15,811 nt of DNA from Breznakia blatticola (GCF_004365815.1 NZ_SODD01000053.1:1-15811); one strand, 5' to 3'; shown: positions 1 through 10,755, counted from the first letter of the stretch. Notes: a model not told the origin generated them from the letters alone. Translations and numbers: made by a program.

Positions 1-105
1 TCTACATCATTTTCAAAAGAAAATGATTTTGGTAGTAGCATATACGGCTGGTATATGATAGTATGTTCTTGGTTAGTTTTCACAAATAAATTATACCAAA
101 AATAA
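1..105 (+). CDS. Possible 3' end of a + strand CDS truncated by the window edge
   Basis: Frame +1 is open from base 1 to TAA at 103-105 (...GWYMIVCSWLVFTNKLYQK*). It runs straight into the bidirectional hairpin at 101-136, the layout expected for a convergent gene. Only 34 codons, so no family can be assigned. Confidence 0.25.
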   Translation, partial: STSFSKENDFGSSIYGWYMIVCSWLVFTNKLYQK

Positions 106-136
106 CGCCTATTCTCTTACGAGTTTAGGCGTTATT
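101..136. terminator. Bidirectional rho-independent terminator ending the lactose/cellobiose-type PTS operon, and possibly a convergent + strand gene
   Basis: Perfect 10-bp stem: aataacgcct (101-110) pairs with aggcgttatt (127-136), with a 16-nt loop. T-runs follow the hairpin on both strands: ttttta at 135-140 on +, and TTTTGG on - (complement of 95-100). Confidence 0.8.
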
Positions 137-226
137 TTTATGATTTGAAGCTGTACTAAGTGTCACAGCCCCTGATTTAATCGTTTAAGATTTAGATTGA
201 TTTATTTTATAGATAGTTTTAGAGAA

Positions 227-1540
227 TTATCCTTGAGCGTTTGCTTCTGCTTTAGCAGCAGCTTGCTCATCTTCGTAGTCTCGTTTATCTTGCGCTTTAA
301 CGAATGGTAAGTAAACGAAGAATGTTAAGACTAGAATTAATCCTTGTAGTAATGCGGTTTGCCATCCACCAACTAATAATCCAGAGATAATTGGAGGTGT
401 TGTCCATGGAACCATAACTCCACCAAATAATGGAATAATTCCAATGTATTGACAGAAGTATAAGATTAATCCAGAAATTGTAGGCATTGCCATAAATGGA
501 ATAACTAGCATTGGGTTCAATGTAACTGGGAAACCAAATAATACTGGTTCGTTAATATTGAATAATGCAGGCACTGATGAAATACGTCCAATTTCTTTGT
601 TTTTTGCTGATTTTGCGAAGAATACACAGAAGATTACAATACCAATTGTCATCCCTGCTCCAGTAACTGTCATAAATTGATCTAAGAATTGTTTTGTAAC
701 GATGTGTCCACCATTTCCTAAAGTTAATTCTTTACCAGCATCTAAGATTGCTTGGTTATCAAGTGTGTTAGCTGTAAGGATTGGGTCCATAATTCCACCA
801 ATGATTGTAGAACCGTGTACTCCAAAGAACCATAAGAATGGAATCATTAATCCCATAACGATAACTCCACCAACTGAATCGGTTAATCCTTGTAATGGTG
901 TTTGAATTAATGAGTAGATTGTTTCTAAGAATGTTGTATCTCCTACAATTTTAAGAGCAGCGTAGATTGCAAATGCACCAATAACTAATACGAATCCTGG
1001 AATCAATGCAGTAAATGAGTTTACAACACCTTCAGGTACTCCAGCTGGCATTTTAATACGAATGTCTTTTTTAATAAACCATGAGTAAATGTATCCAACA
1101 ACTAATCCTACTAGAATTGCACAAATCATACCTTTACCACCAGTCCATGCTTTGTTGATTACACCACCAACAGCATCTCCGTTAGCATCCAATACAGATC
1201 CGTCTTGTAAAATTAAGAAACATACAAATGAGATGATCCCAGCATTTAGTGCAGGTAGACCTTCAGCTTTAACATATTCATAAGCAATACCGATTACGGC
1301 AGCGATTGCTAAGATATCAAATGTTGCCCCTGTTACGTTAAACATAGGGTCAAGTAAGTTCATACTTGCAAACCAATCAACCACTGGTTGGTATGGGAAA
1401 CAAGCTAGAATTAAAAATACAGATCCAATAATTGTTAATGGCATTGTGTAAATAATACCGTTACGAAGTGCCATAATTGCTTTCGTATTTACGAATTTCA
1501 TAATCGCAGGCACGACTGTATCATTTAGAAATTTTTTCAT
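227..1540 (-). CDS. PTS lactose/cellobiose-family EIIC permease (437 aa)
   Basis: Polytopic hydrophobic protein with the layout of CelB/LicC-type EIIC. It is last in an operon with matching EIIA and EIIB. SD AAGGAG lies 7 nt upstream of the ATG at 1540. Confidence 0.9.
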   Translation of the reverse strand: MKKFLNDTVVPAIMKFVNTKAIMALRNGIIYTMPLTIIGSVFLILACFPYQPVVDWFASMNLLDPMFNVTGATFDILAIAAVIGIAYEYVKAEGLPALNAGIISFVCFLILQDGSVLDANGDAVGGVINKAWTGGKGMICAILVGLVVGYIYSWFIKKDIRIKMPAGVPEGVVNSFTALIPGFVLVIGAFAIYAALKIVGDTTFLETIYSLIQTPLQGLTDSVGGVIVMGLMIPFLWFFGVHGSTIIGGIMDPILTANTLDNQAILDAGKELTLGNGGHIVTKQFLDQFMTVTGAGMTIGIVIFCVFFAKSAKNKEIGRISSVPALFNINEPVLFGFPVTLNPMLVIPFMAMPTISGLILYFCQYIGIIPLFGGVMVPWTTPPIISGLLVGGWQTALLQGLILVLTFFVYLPFVKAQDKRDYEDEQAAAKAEANAQG

Positions 1541-1568
1541 ATTATTCTCCTTTTTTATTTTCGTTTTT

Positions 1569-1874
1569 TTATTTTAATGCAAGAGCGTAATCTAAGACTT
1601 TCGCTCCATTCATCATTCCATAATCGACCATTGGAATAACGCCAACAGCAATTCCTTTAGGTTCAGCAAGTCCTCTTACACGTTTTTCTTCGTATCCAAC
1701 TTGTGGTCCCAATAATAGAATTTCTGCTTCTTCCATTTTTGCAGATAAGTCATTAAGTGGGTATGCTTTAATCTCAACTTCTATTCCACGTTGAGCGGCA
1801 GACTCTTCCATCTTTTTTACCAACATGCTTGTTGACATTCCTGCATTACAGAATAATCGAATTTGTTTCATCAT
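1569..1874 (-). CDS. PTS lactose/cellobiose-family EIIB (101 aa)
   Basis: N-terminal phospho-Cys motif IRLFCNAGMSTS typical of cellobiose/lichenan EIIB. SD GGAGG is upstream (taaggaggaaaagATGATG). The start could be either of the two adjacent ATGs. Confidence 0.9.
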   Translation of the reverse strand: MMKQIRLFCNAGMSTSMLVKKMEESAAQRGIEVEIKAYPLNDLSAKMEEAEILLLGPQVGYEEKRVRGLAEPKGIAVGVIPMVDYGMMNGAKVLDYALALK

Positions 1875-1907
1875 CTTTTCCTCCTTAATTCATTATCTGA
1901 TGGTGTA

Positions 1908-2215
1908 TTACTTTATGTTTTTATAAACATCAATAAATTCGTTTGCGATAACTAAGAAACTGTCACATGCCATCAGTTGATCTTCAGCATGCATCAATAG
2001 TAATGTGATATTTACACTTTTTCCCCCAGCTTCTTCTTGAATAAGACTCGCATGCGCTTTATGCGCGTTTTGAAACATTTCTTGGCCTTCTTTGATTGCT
2101 GTGTCAGCTGTTTCAAAGTTTCCTTGTTTTGCTTCTTGGATTGCTTCAATATACTTACTTCTCGCCCCACCGGCACTAGAAATAATTTGAAAGCTAACTA
2201 ATTCCAATCCTTCCA

Positions 2216-2216
<1 letters not shown>
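1908..2216 (-). CDS. PTS lactose/cellobiose-family EIIA (102 aa)
   Basis: Small helical protein with the MHAEDQLM phospho-His region typical of cellobiose-type EIIA. Its start overlaps the stop of the upstream GH1 gene as TAATG (position 2216 shared), which implies translational coupling. Confidence 0.9.
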
Positions 2217-3727
<1,511 letters not shown>

Positions 3728-3788
3728 TCAAAAAATCTCGATTTTGGTGGATATTAAAACAAGATAAACCGCTTGGAATTTGTTACAT

Positions 3789-3816
3789 AAAAAAAACAGA
3801 ATTGTAATAATTCCGT
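3789..3816 (-). terminator. Rho-independent terminator after the RpiR regulator gene
   Basis: Minus-strand ACGGAATT-attac-AATTCTGT gives an 8-bp stem including one G.U pair that only forms on the minus strand. It is followed by a run of 8 T (A-run 3789-3796 on +). Confidence 0.8.
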
Positions 3817-3831
3817 TTTAGTCGATAAACA

Positions 3832-4563
3832 CTAGTCTTTTGAATAACTGTATACCTTTTTCGCTATGCTTTCTAGCATATATACAACAGGTACTTGCGT
3901 TGTAAGATTTAAGACATCTCCAACAACCAATTCAGGTAAATAATAGTTTAAATTATAGTCTGACATATGTGCAATCGTATTGGTTTTCGTATTTGTTAAT
4001 GAAATAATCGTTGTACTTTCTTTACGAAATTTATTAATTTGATCAATGGTTTCTTTGGTTTCTCCACTTACTGATAAAACAAAGATGACAGAGTCTTCAG
4101 AGAAATCTGCAGGCACTGGATAAAATGGATCATCAATATGCTGTGAGAATTTTCCAATGTTTGAAAAATAACGTGCTGCATATTTACATAATGCGCCTGA
4201 TGTTCCAATCCCCATAAAAATCAATTTCGGTTTACTTACAATCACTTGCGCAATTTCATCTAATTGCTCATCAAAATCATCAGTATCGACACGTTTAAAA
4301 TACTCATACAAATATCGTGTTTCATTATGGTCAACAATATCTTCGTTTTTTTCCAACTCCATACGATACTTAATTTTAAACTCAGCATATCCATCACATC
4401 CAACCTTCTTACAAAAGCGTAAAACTGTCGTTGTTGATACATGCGCAGCTTCTGCGACATCACGAATTTTCATTTGTTGAACTTTCTTTGGATTTTTTGA
4501 AATATATTTGTAAACTTCTAATTCCGTTTCATTCAAACTTTGTATTTGTTTAGCTGATAACAT
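3832..4563 (-). CDS. RpiR-family transcriptional regulator (N-terminal HTH plus C-terminal SIS phosphosugar-binding domain)
   Basis: HTH region IRDVAEAAHVSTTTVLRFCKKVG. SIS motifs MGIGTSG and VLSVSGET. Start set to the ATG at 4563 (MLSAKQ...), with SD AGAGG 8 nt upstream. The ORF-track start at 4572 is a GTG inside that SD. Confidence 0.88.
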   Translation of the reverse strand: MLSAKQIQSLNETELEVYKYISKNPKKVQQMKIRDVAEAAHVSTTTVLRFCKKVGCDGYAEFKIKYRMELEKNEDIVDHNETRYLYEYFKRVDTDDFDEQLDEIAQVIVSKPKLIFMGIGTSGALCKYAARYFSNIGKFSQHIDDPFYPVPADFSEDSVIFVLSVSGETKETIDQINKFRKESTTIISLTNTKTNTIAHMSDYNLNYYLPELVVGDVLNLTTQVPVVYMLESIAKKVYSYSKD

Positions 4564-4587
4564 ATAACACACCTCTTTTTATTATCA

Positions 4588-4626
4588 TAACATAACATTC
4601 AAAATGAACAAGTAGCTGTTATGTTA
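4588..4626. repeat. Perfect 9-bp inverted repeat TAACATAAC-N21-GTTATGTTA just upstream of the rpiR start
   Basis: Read directly: taacataac at 4588-4596 and gttatgtta at 4618-4626. No T-run follows on the minus strand, so it is not a canonical terminator. Possible operator or RNA hairpin. Confidence 0.5.
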
Positions 4627-4660
4627 GGCATAAGCGATTCAACAAAAGTTTCGAATATAT

Positions 4661-5401
4661 TTATATGATAAATCTCTCTTTCATCTTTTCAACACATGCT
4701 GTTGATAATCCAATTTCATTCTCTATATAATTATCAAATCCTCCATATTCATTTTCAATTACAGCGATTGCGCTTGCTAAGTATTCACTTTTTACATAAA
4801 GCATCGTTTCCATTGCTTTTATTTTTTCCTCTGATGCACCCTTTTGTCTATAAACGTTTAAATATACTTCATTCGCTTCTTTACGCATTTGATTCGTTAA
4901 TAAGTAATCTGTATAAATATCTTCATCGCTTACGCCTAATAATTTCAAAATGAAAGCTGCACCAATACCCGTACGATCTTTTCCTGCAAAACAGTGAAAT
5001 AGAATCGCACTATCATCTTCTATTATTGTTTCTAAAAACTCTTTATAAGCTTGTTGACTTGTTTTTGAACGAATAATGCTTTTATATACTTCAATCATCA
5101 TGCTATCGGGGTCAATATCATTTTCCTTAAAGCTTTTTAGACTTGTACTATGTTCGAAATTTTTCATAATATCCAAATGAATATGTTTACTGTTTGGCAA
5201 TATATCATCAGGTCTTTTCTCTACTTCATCAAGTTGACGAAAATCAAAAATATAGCGTATTTGATATGTATTTACTAGTGCATCTTTTGCTTTTTCACTT
5301 AATGATACCAATTCGCCACTGCGAAAAAACTTTCCTTTTTTTACGACTCCACTAGGTGTTTTATAGCCACCTAAATCTCTAAAATTTACTAATGTATTCA
5401 T
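4661..5401 (-). CDS. Protein-tyrosine (dual/lipid-type) phosphatase, CX5R family (246 aa)
   Basis: Active-site loop HCFAGKDRTG (CX5R-T) and N-terminal NFRDLGG motif typical of the bacterial Y_phosphatase3-type tyrosine phosphatases. SD AGGAGG (5411-5416) overlaps the stop codon of the upstream mgtC-like gene. Confidence 0.85.
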   Translation of the reverse strand: MNTLVNFRDLGGYKTPSGVVKKGKFFRSGELVSLSEKAKDALVNTYQIRYIFDFRQLDEVEKRPDDILPNSKHIHLDIMKNFEHSTSLKSFKENDIDPDSMMIEVYKSIIRSKTSQQAYKEFLETIIEDDSAILFHCFAGKDRTGIGAAFILKLLGVSDEDIYTDYLLTNQMRKEANEVYLNVYRQKGASEEKIKAMETMLYVKSEYLASAIAVIENEYGGFDNYIENEIGLSTACVEKMKERFII

Positions 5402-5414
5402 TTCTCATTACCTC

Positions 5415-6107
5415 CTATGCATTAACCATGCGAATTTTTGTGACATTTTTATGTAACGATAGATCTTCAATAATGTCTGCGTAATATAATCCTTTTGGTA
5501 GATTTATTGTATAAAAATTACAATATACACGATAATCATCGTGTTTCTCTACACGAAAATCCACATCAGCAACTGTAATATCTCTACTTTCAAAATAGTC
5601 ATTAATTACACTTTTCGTCTCAATACGATGAATATATTGTATCTCCAATTTCTTTTGAGTTGGTACTTTTAGAAAACGATGCAGTATACTCAGCACTCCA
5701 ATGATTGCAACAGATCCAACGAATGTAATTGCATAATATCCCATACCGATGGCAATACCTAAGCAAGCACTCGCCCATAGTGAGGCTGCTGTGGTTAACC
5801 CGGAAACTGATTTTTTATTGACAATAATTGTTCCTGCTCCCAAAAAACCAATTCCACTTACAACTTGCGCAACTAATCTTGTACGGTCCGAACTTACTAC
5901 TGAAAGTAAATCTAAGTTTTCACTTGCTAGTGCAATTGACTCTATATGTACTTGCGTTTGAATTAATGCGATAATTGTTGCTCCAACACAAACTAAAATA
6001 TGAGTCCTAATACCTGCTGGACGATTTTTATACTCACGATCAAATCCAATCAAACCAGAGATGATTGTTGCCAATGTTAAGCGAATTGTAATATCTAATA
6101 CACTCAT
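5415..6107 (-). CDS. mgtC: MgtC/SapB-family membrane protein (230 aa)
   Basis: N-terminal hydrophobic MgtC domain (GFDREYKNRPAGIRTHILV, GFLGAGTI) plus a soluble C-terminal domain, as in MgtC-family proteins. SD GAGGGG is upstream of the ATG at 6107. Confidence 0.85.
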   Translation of the reverse strand: MSVLDITIRLTLATIISGLIGFDREYKNRPAGIRTHILVCVGATIIALIQTQVHIESIALASENLDLLSVVSSDRTRLVAQVVSGIGFLGAGTIIVNKKSVSGLTTAASLWASACLGIAIGMGYYAITFVGSVAIIGVLSILHRFLKVPTQKKLEIQYIHRIETKSVINDYFESRDITVADVDFRVEKHDDYRVYCNFYTINLPKGLYYADIIEDLSLHKNVTKIRMVNA

Positions 6108-6129
6108 ATTATCCCCTCATTTCCCAATG

Positions 6130-6171
6130 AAACAAAAACCCGAGGACGAATGTACATGCTTCGTATCAGGT
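6130..6171 (-). terminator. Rho-independent terminator after the bgl operon GH1 gene, which also lies inside the mgtC leader
   Basis: Minus-strand ACCUGA-U-ACGAA / GCAUGUACA loop / UUCGU-CC-UCGGGU gives 6+5 bp with a small internal loop, followed by UUUUGUUUC. An A-run sits on the 5' side. Confidence 0.65.
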
Positions 6172-6195
6172 TTTTGCTTTCTTACAACTTGTTAT

Positions 6196-6225
6196 ATTAT
6201 AACGTTTTTTTAATGATCATGTAAA
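6196..6225 (-). promoter_or_regulatory. Sigma-A-type promoter for the mgtC-phosphatase unit
   Basis: Minus strand has TTTACA (6220-6225), an 18-nt spacer and TATAAT (6196-6201). The -35 begins 3 nt after the GH1 stop codon (6229-6231). Confidence 0.55.
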
Positions 6226-6228
6226 TCT

Positions 6229-7695
<1,467 letters not shown>

Positions 7696-7700
7696 CTATT

Positions 7701-9584
7701 TTATAAAACGATAAGCAATTCTTCTTCTTTAAAAATTATGCCTTCATCATTAGCATTCATAATTTCTACAAAATCACTACTGTTTGTTACAACAACCATT
7801 GTTATTGGATCAAGACCTGCAGCTATGATACCTTCAAAGTCAAAGGTTCCTAGTAATTGACCTTTTTCTATATGATCACCTTTATTAACTTTAAAATCAA
7901 AATGTTCGCCATTTAGTTTCACTGTATCAATTCCAATATGAACAAGTATTTCAACTCCATCGTCACCGACGATACCAATAGCATGTTGTGTGTCTGGCAG
8001 TACACTAACAACTCCGCTTATAGGTGCAACAACTTCACCATTGTCTGGTTGAATCGCAATACCTTTTCCAACTAGTTCTGATGCAAATGTATTATCATTA
8101 ACACTACTTAACAGTTGTAATTTACCACTAATTGGTGCAAACACACGGTGTTTTGTTCCGTTTTTAATTGCTTTCTTTTCTGCTGCTTCTGCGATTACTT
8201 CCTCAGCCGCATCTTCTTGGAAACCTAAAGTAATAGTCAAAATAAATGTTGAGAAAAAAGCGATAGCTAAACACACTGCCATCCATACAACATTCATTGA
8301 ATCTTCAACATGAACATATGCAGGTAATGACATTAACCCCGGCATTCCACCGCCTCCAAATGAACGACAATTGAAGAAAATCGCAGCCCCTGCTGCAATT
8401 GCCCCACCTGCAAGACTGTAATAGAATGGACGTTTTAGTTTTACGTTAACTCCATACATCGCTGGCTCAGTAATTCCTAACAGTGCAGAAATCCCTGAAG
8501 ATATTGCTACTTGGCGCATTTCTTTGTTTTTTGTGCGTACTGCAACTCCAAATGCAGCTCCAGCTTGAGCAATATTTGTACATCCATTAACTGGTCCAAT
8601 CATATTTTCATAACCCAGTACCGCACGATTACTAAAAGCGATTGGTACAAGAGAATAATGCATACCTGTCATAACTAGTAATGGGAATGTTGCTCCTAAT
8701 ACAACCCCACCTAGTGGACCAATAGTGTCAAACAACCATGTCATACCTTTTCCAACATATTCTCCAGCATAACTTCCGATAGGTCCTAATACAGTTAATG
8801 CTACAGGAATTACTATTACAAGTGTAATCATTGGTGTAAACATTAAAGATAGACTTTTAGGCATCCATGAACGTACCCATTTGTGTACATGTTTCAATAA
8901 AATTACCGAAAAGATAATTGGAATAACTGAATTTGAGTAGTTTACATACGGAATAGGAATCACTTCAAATATCGTCATATTCACAACACTTGGATCCATA
9001 AACGCAGTCTTTGCGATATCTAAGAATGTTGGATACATCATAGTACCAGCTACTGCTAACGCTAAATACTCACTAGTTTTAAATTTTCTAGCACTAGAAA
9101 CTGCTAAGAAAAACGGCATGAAGTAAAATACAGAATCAGATAAATTGTTTAAGATTTGATATAACCCACTTGTTGTATCTAAAATACCTGTAAGAACAGC
9201 AAGTGCTAAAAACCCTTTTAATAACCCTGTACCTGCTAACGCTGGGATGATTGGAGTAAATACCCCAGAAATTCCATCCATTAATTTTGAGATAATTCCC
9301 TCTTTTTCATTAGATGAAGCTTCACCAGTACCTGTTCCTCCAAGTAATTCTTCAACTTCCTCAAAAACGTCAACAACAGTGTTTCCAATAATGACTTGGA
9401 ATTGATCACCACTAAACTGTGCTCCCATTACACCTGGAACTTTCTTAATTTTTTCCAAATCGGGTATGTTTTTATCTTTAAGATTAAAACGCAAGCGTGT
9501 TACACAATGCCATGCATTGGTTATATTACCTTTACCCCCTGTTAACTTGACAACTTCTTTAGCTGTCTCTTTATAATTGGCCAT
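7701..9584 (-). CDS. bglP: PTS beta-glucoside-family EIIBCA (627 aa from the corrected start)
   Basis: EIIB phospho-Cys motif HCVTRLRFNLKD, EIIC signature GITEPAMYGVNVKLKRPF, and a C-terminal EIIA-Glc-type domain with VEILVHIGIDTVKLNGEHF. Start moved from 9641 to the ATG at 9584 (MANYKETAKE...), preceded by AAAAGGAGGACAAAAC. The ORF-track extension lies inside the leader terminator. Confidence 0.93.
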   Translation of the reverse strand: MANYKETAKEVVKLTGGKGNITNAWHCVTRLRFNLKDKNIPDLEKIKKVPGVMGAQFSGDQFQVIIGNTVVDVFEEVEELLGGTGTGEASSNEKEGIISKLMDGISGVFTPIIPALAGTGLLKGFLALAVLTGILDTTSGLYQILNNLSDSVFYFMPFFLAVSSARKFKTSEYLALAVAGTMMYPTFLDIAKTAFMDPSVVNMTIFEVIPIPYVNYSNSVIPIIFSVILLKHVHKWVRSWMPKSLSLMFTPMITLVIVIPVALTVLGPIGSYAGEYVGKGMTWLFDTIGPLGGVVLGATFPLLVMTGMHYSLVPIAFSNRAVLGYENMIGPVNGCTNIAQAGAAFGVAVRTKNKEMRQVAISSGISALLGITEPAMYGVNVKLKRPFYYSLAGGAIAAGAAIFFNCRSFGGGGMPGLMSLPAYVHVEDSMNVVWMAVCLAIAFFSTFILTITLGFQEDAAEEVIAEAAEKKAIKNGTKHRVFAPISGKLQLLSSVNDNTFASELVGKGIAIQPDNGEVVAPISGVVSVLPDTQHAIGIVGDDGVEILVHIGIDTVKLNGEHFDFKVNKGDHIEKGQLLGTFDFEGIIAAGLDPITMVVVTNSSDFVEIMNANDEGIIFKEEELLIVL

Positions 9585-9626
9585 GTTTTGTCCTCCTTTT
9601 ATTTCTTGGCTAATTGCTATATTAAT

Positions 9627-9679
9627 AAAAAAACCAAACATCTAGTCTATGCCTAAAGCATTTACTAAAATATTTGGTT
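9627..9679 (-). terminator. Conditional (RAT-controlled) terminator between the antiterminator gene and bglP
   Basis: Minus-strand AACCAAAUA (9671-9679) pairs with UGUUUGGUU (9632-9640), with one G.U that forms only on the minus strand. Inner helices are tagt/acta and atgc/gcat. Five further U follow the stem (A-run 9627-9633 on +, of which 9632-9633 are the last two stem U). The 5' arm overlaps the 3' end of the RAT. Confidence 0.8.
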
Positions 9680-9705
9680 ATGCCTGATCGTATCAGTTAC
9701 AGTCC
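9676..9705 (-). promoter_or_regulatory. RAT (ribonucleic antiterminator) element, class 1, copy b
   Basis: Minus-strand GGACUGUAACUGAUACGAUCAGGCAUAACC resembles the Bacillus RAT pattern GGNUUGUUACUG...CAGGCAARACC. It starts 2 nt after the licT-like stop codon and overlaps the terminator 5' arm. Confidence 0.85.
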
Positions 9706-9707
9706 TT

Positions 9708-10562
9708 TTATTTTTTTGTATTCTCTTGTTCTAATAGTCGATGTACATGAAGTGATAGATATAATGTTTCATCATCACTTACACTCCATCCTTCTTCTTG
9801 TCGTACAAAATCAGCAATTGTTTGTGCAACTTTATACTCTTTTGGATATCGAATCTTGACAGTCTCAATAATTAATTCATCAACTTCATTAACATGCGTA
9901 GTATCTGCACTAATTCTTCGAATAAAGAAATAACGTAGATGATTAATAAAGCGATTATAACTAAATGAGTCCTCATTTAATTCTATTTGTAATTGATATT
10001 GAACAATATCAATAATCTTTTTGATTAATCTAGTCATCTTCATGGTATCAGAAAGCATTGTTGTATCATTTTGTACGTTCACAAAGTGATATGTAATAAA
10101 CGATATTTCCGTCTTATCTAAATAAATACCAAATCGCTCATTTATTAAATTTAGCGATTCGACGGCTACCCTATACTCTTTTGGATATAGTTTTTTCAAT
10201 TCCCAGTACATACTTAACGAATAGTTAATATTATCATAATACCGTTTTATCGCATATGATAAGTGGTCTGCAATGACAATAAACGTGTTATTATCAAATG
10301 TTACATCCAGTTTCTTCTCTGCCATCTTACAAACTTCTAATGTTACATCAAGTACATCAGGGTTAATGTTAAGCAAGGTTTCAAAAGTTCCTTTATCTGC
10401 AATGTTATCTTTGGTACTAAATATTTTATCAACTTTTGATTCGTCTATATCTATCTCTAAATCATGATGAAAGCCGATACCTCGACCGGTTACGATAAAT
10501 TCATTTCCAACATCATCTTCAACAAATGCAAAATTGTTATTAATCTTTTTTTTGAATTTCAC
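9708..10562 (-). CDS. licT: BglG/LicT/SacY-family transcription antiterminator (CAT RNA-binding domain plus PRD1 and PRD2, 284 aa)
   Basis: N-terminus (M)KFKKKINNNFAFVEDDVGNEFIVTGRGIGF is a CAT domain. Length and helical remainder fit two PRDs. GTG start at 10562 with SD GGAGG 7 nt upstream. Flanked by RAT/terminator elements on both sides. Confidence 0.9.
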   Translation of the reverse strand: MKFKKKINNNFAFVEDDVGNEFIVTGRGIGFHHDLEIDIDESKVDKIFSTKDNIADKGTFETLLNINPDVLDVTLEVCKMAEKKLDVTFDNNTFIVIADHLSYAIKRYYDNINYSLSMYWELKKLYPKEYRVAVESLNLINERFGIYLDKTEISFITYHFVNVQNDTTMLSDTMKMTRLIKKIIDIVQYQLQIELNEDSFSYNRFINHLRYFFIRRISADTTHVNEVDELIIETVKIRYPKEYKVAQTIADFVRQEEGWSVSDDETLYLSLHVHRLLEQENTKK

Positions 10563-10587
10563 AGTTCTACCTCCGTATTAAACATAT

Positions 10588-10637
10588 AAAAAAACCTACT
10601 TTAGATACAAAGAATCTTCATTGCGCTAAAATAGGTT
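10588..10637 (-). terminator. Conditional (RAT-controlled) terminator in the leader of the licT-bglP-GH1 operon
   Basis: Minus-strand AACCUAUUUUAG (10626-10637) pairs with CUAAAGUAGGUU (10593-10604), with one G.U pair specific to the minus strand. Five further U follow the stem (A-run 10588-10594 on +, of which 10593-10594 are the last two stem U). The 5' arm overlaps the RAT 3' end. Confidence 0.8.
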
Positions 10638-10661
10638 ATGCCTGTTAAACAGTTACAGTCC
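10634..10661 (-). promoter_or_regulatory. RAT element, class 1, copy a
   Basis: Minus-strand GGACUGUAACUGUUUAACAGGCAUAACC. It begins about 8 nt downstream of the predicted transcription start and shares both flanks with copy b. Confidence 0.85.
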
Positions 10662-10675
10662 TCTTTACAGAATGT

Positions 10676-10704
10676 ATAATATCATCTAATGTAACCGCTG
10701 TCAA
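10676..10704 (-). promoter_or_regulatory. Sigma-A promoter of the licT-bglP-GH1 operon
   Basis: Minus strand has TTGACA (10699-10704), a 17-nt spacer and TATTAT (10676-10681). Confidence 0.7.
10689..10703. promoter_or_regulatory. cre site overlapping the -35 box and spacer of the licT-bglP promoter
   Basis: ATGTAACCGCTGTCA matches WTGNAANCGNWNNCW at all constrained positions and is palindromic around the central CG. Confidence 0.6.
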
Positions 10705-10723
10705 TAGTGCTTTTTAAGAAATA

Positions 10724-10755
10724 AAATCCCTGTATTGTAAAATGAGAAGGGAATT
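10724..10755 (-). terminator. Weak candidate terminator downstream of the YdjC-family gene
   Basis: Minus-strand UCCCU...AGGGA forms a 5-bp core stem with a 16-nt loop, followed by UUUUAUUUCUU. The stem is marginal. Confidence 0.25.

Noticed and set aside
4588-4626. Inverted repeat upstream of rpiR considered as the terminator of the phosphatase gene
   Set aside because: On the minus strand the stem is followed by GAUAAUAAAAAG rather than a U-tract, and the loop is 21 nt. It is kept only as an inverted repeat or possible operator.
6108-6228. Possible Mg2+ (M-box) riboswitch in front of the mgtC-like gene
   Set aside because: The leader, at roughly 80 nt from the predicted start, is far too short for an M-box aptamer. 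I see none of its multi-helix architecture, only a single terminator-type hairpin.
9585-9641. 19-codon N-terminal extension of the EIIBCA ORF
   Set aside because: It lies inside the leader terminator stem and U-tract and has no SD. The ATG at 9584 has AGGAGG and gives the canonical EIIB N-terminus.
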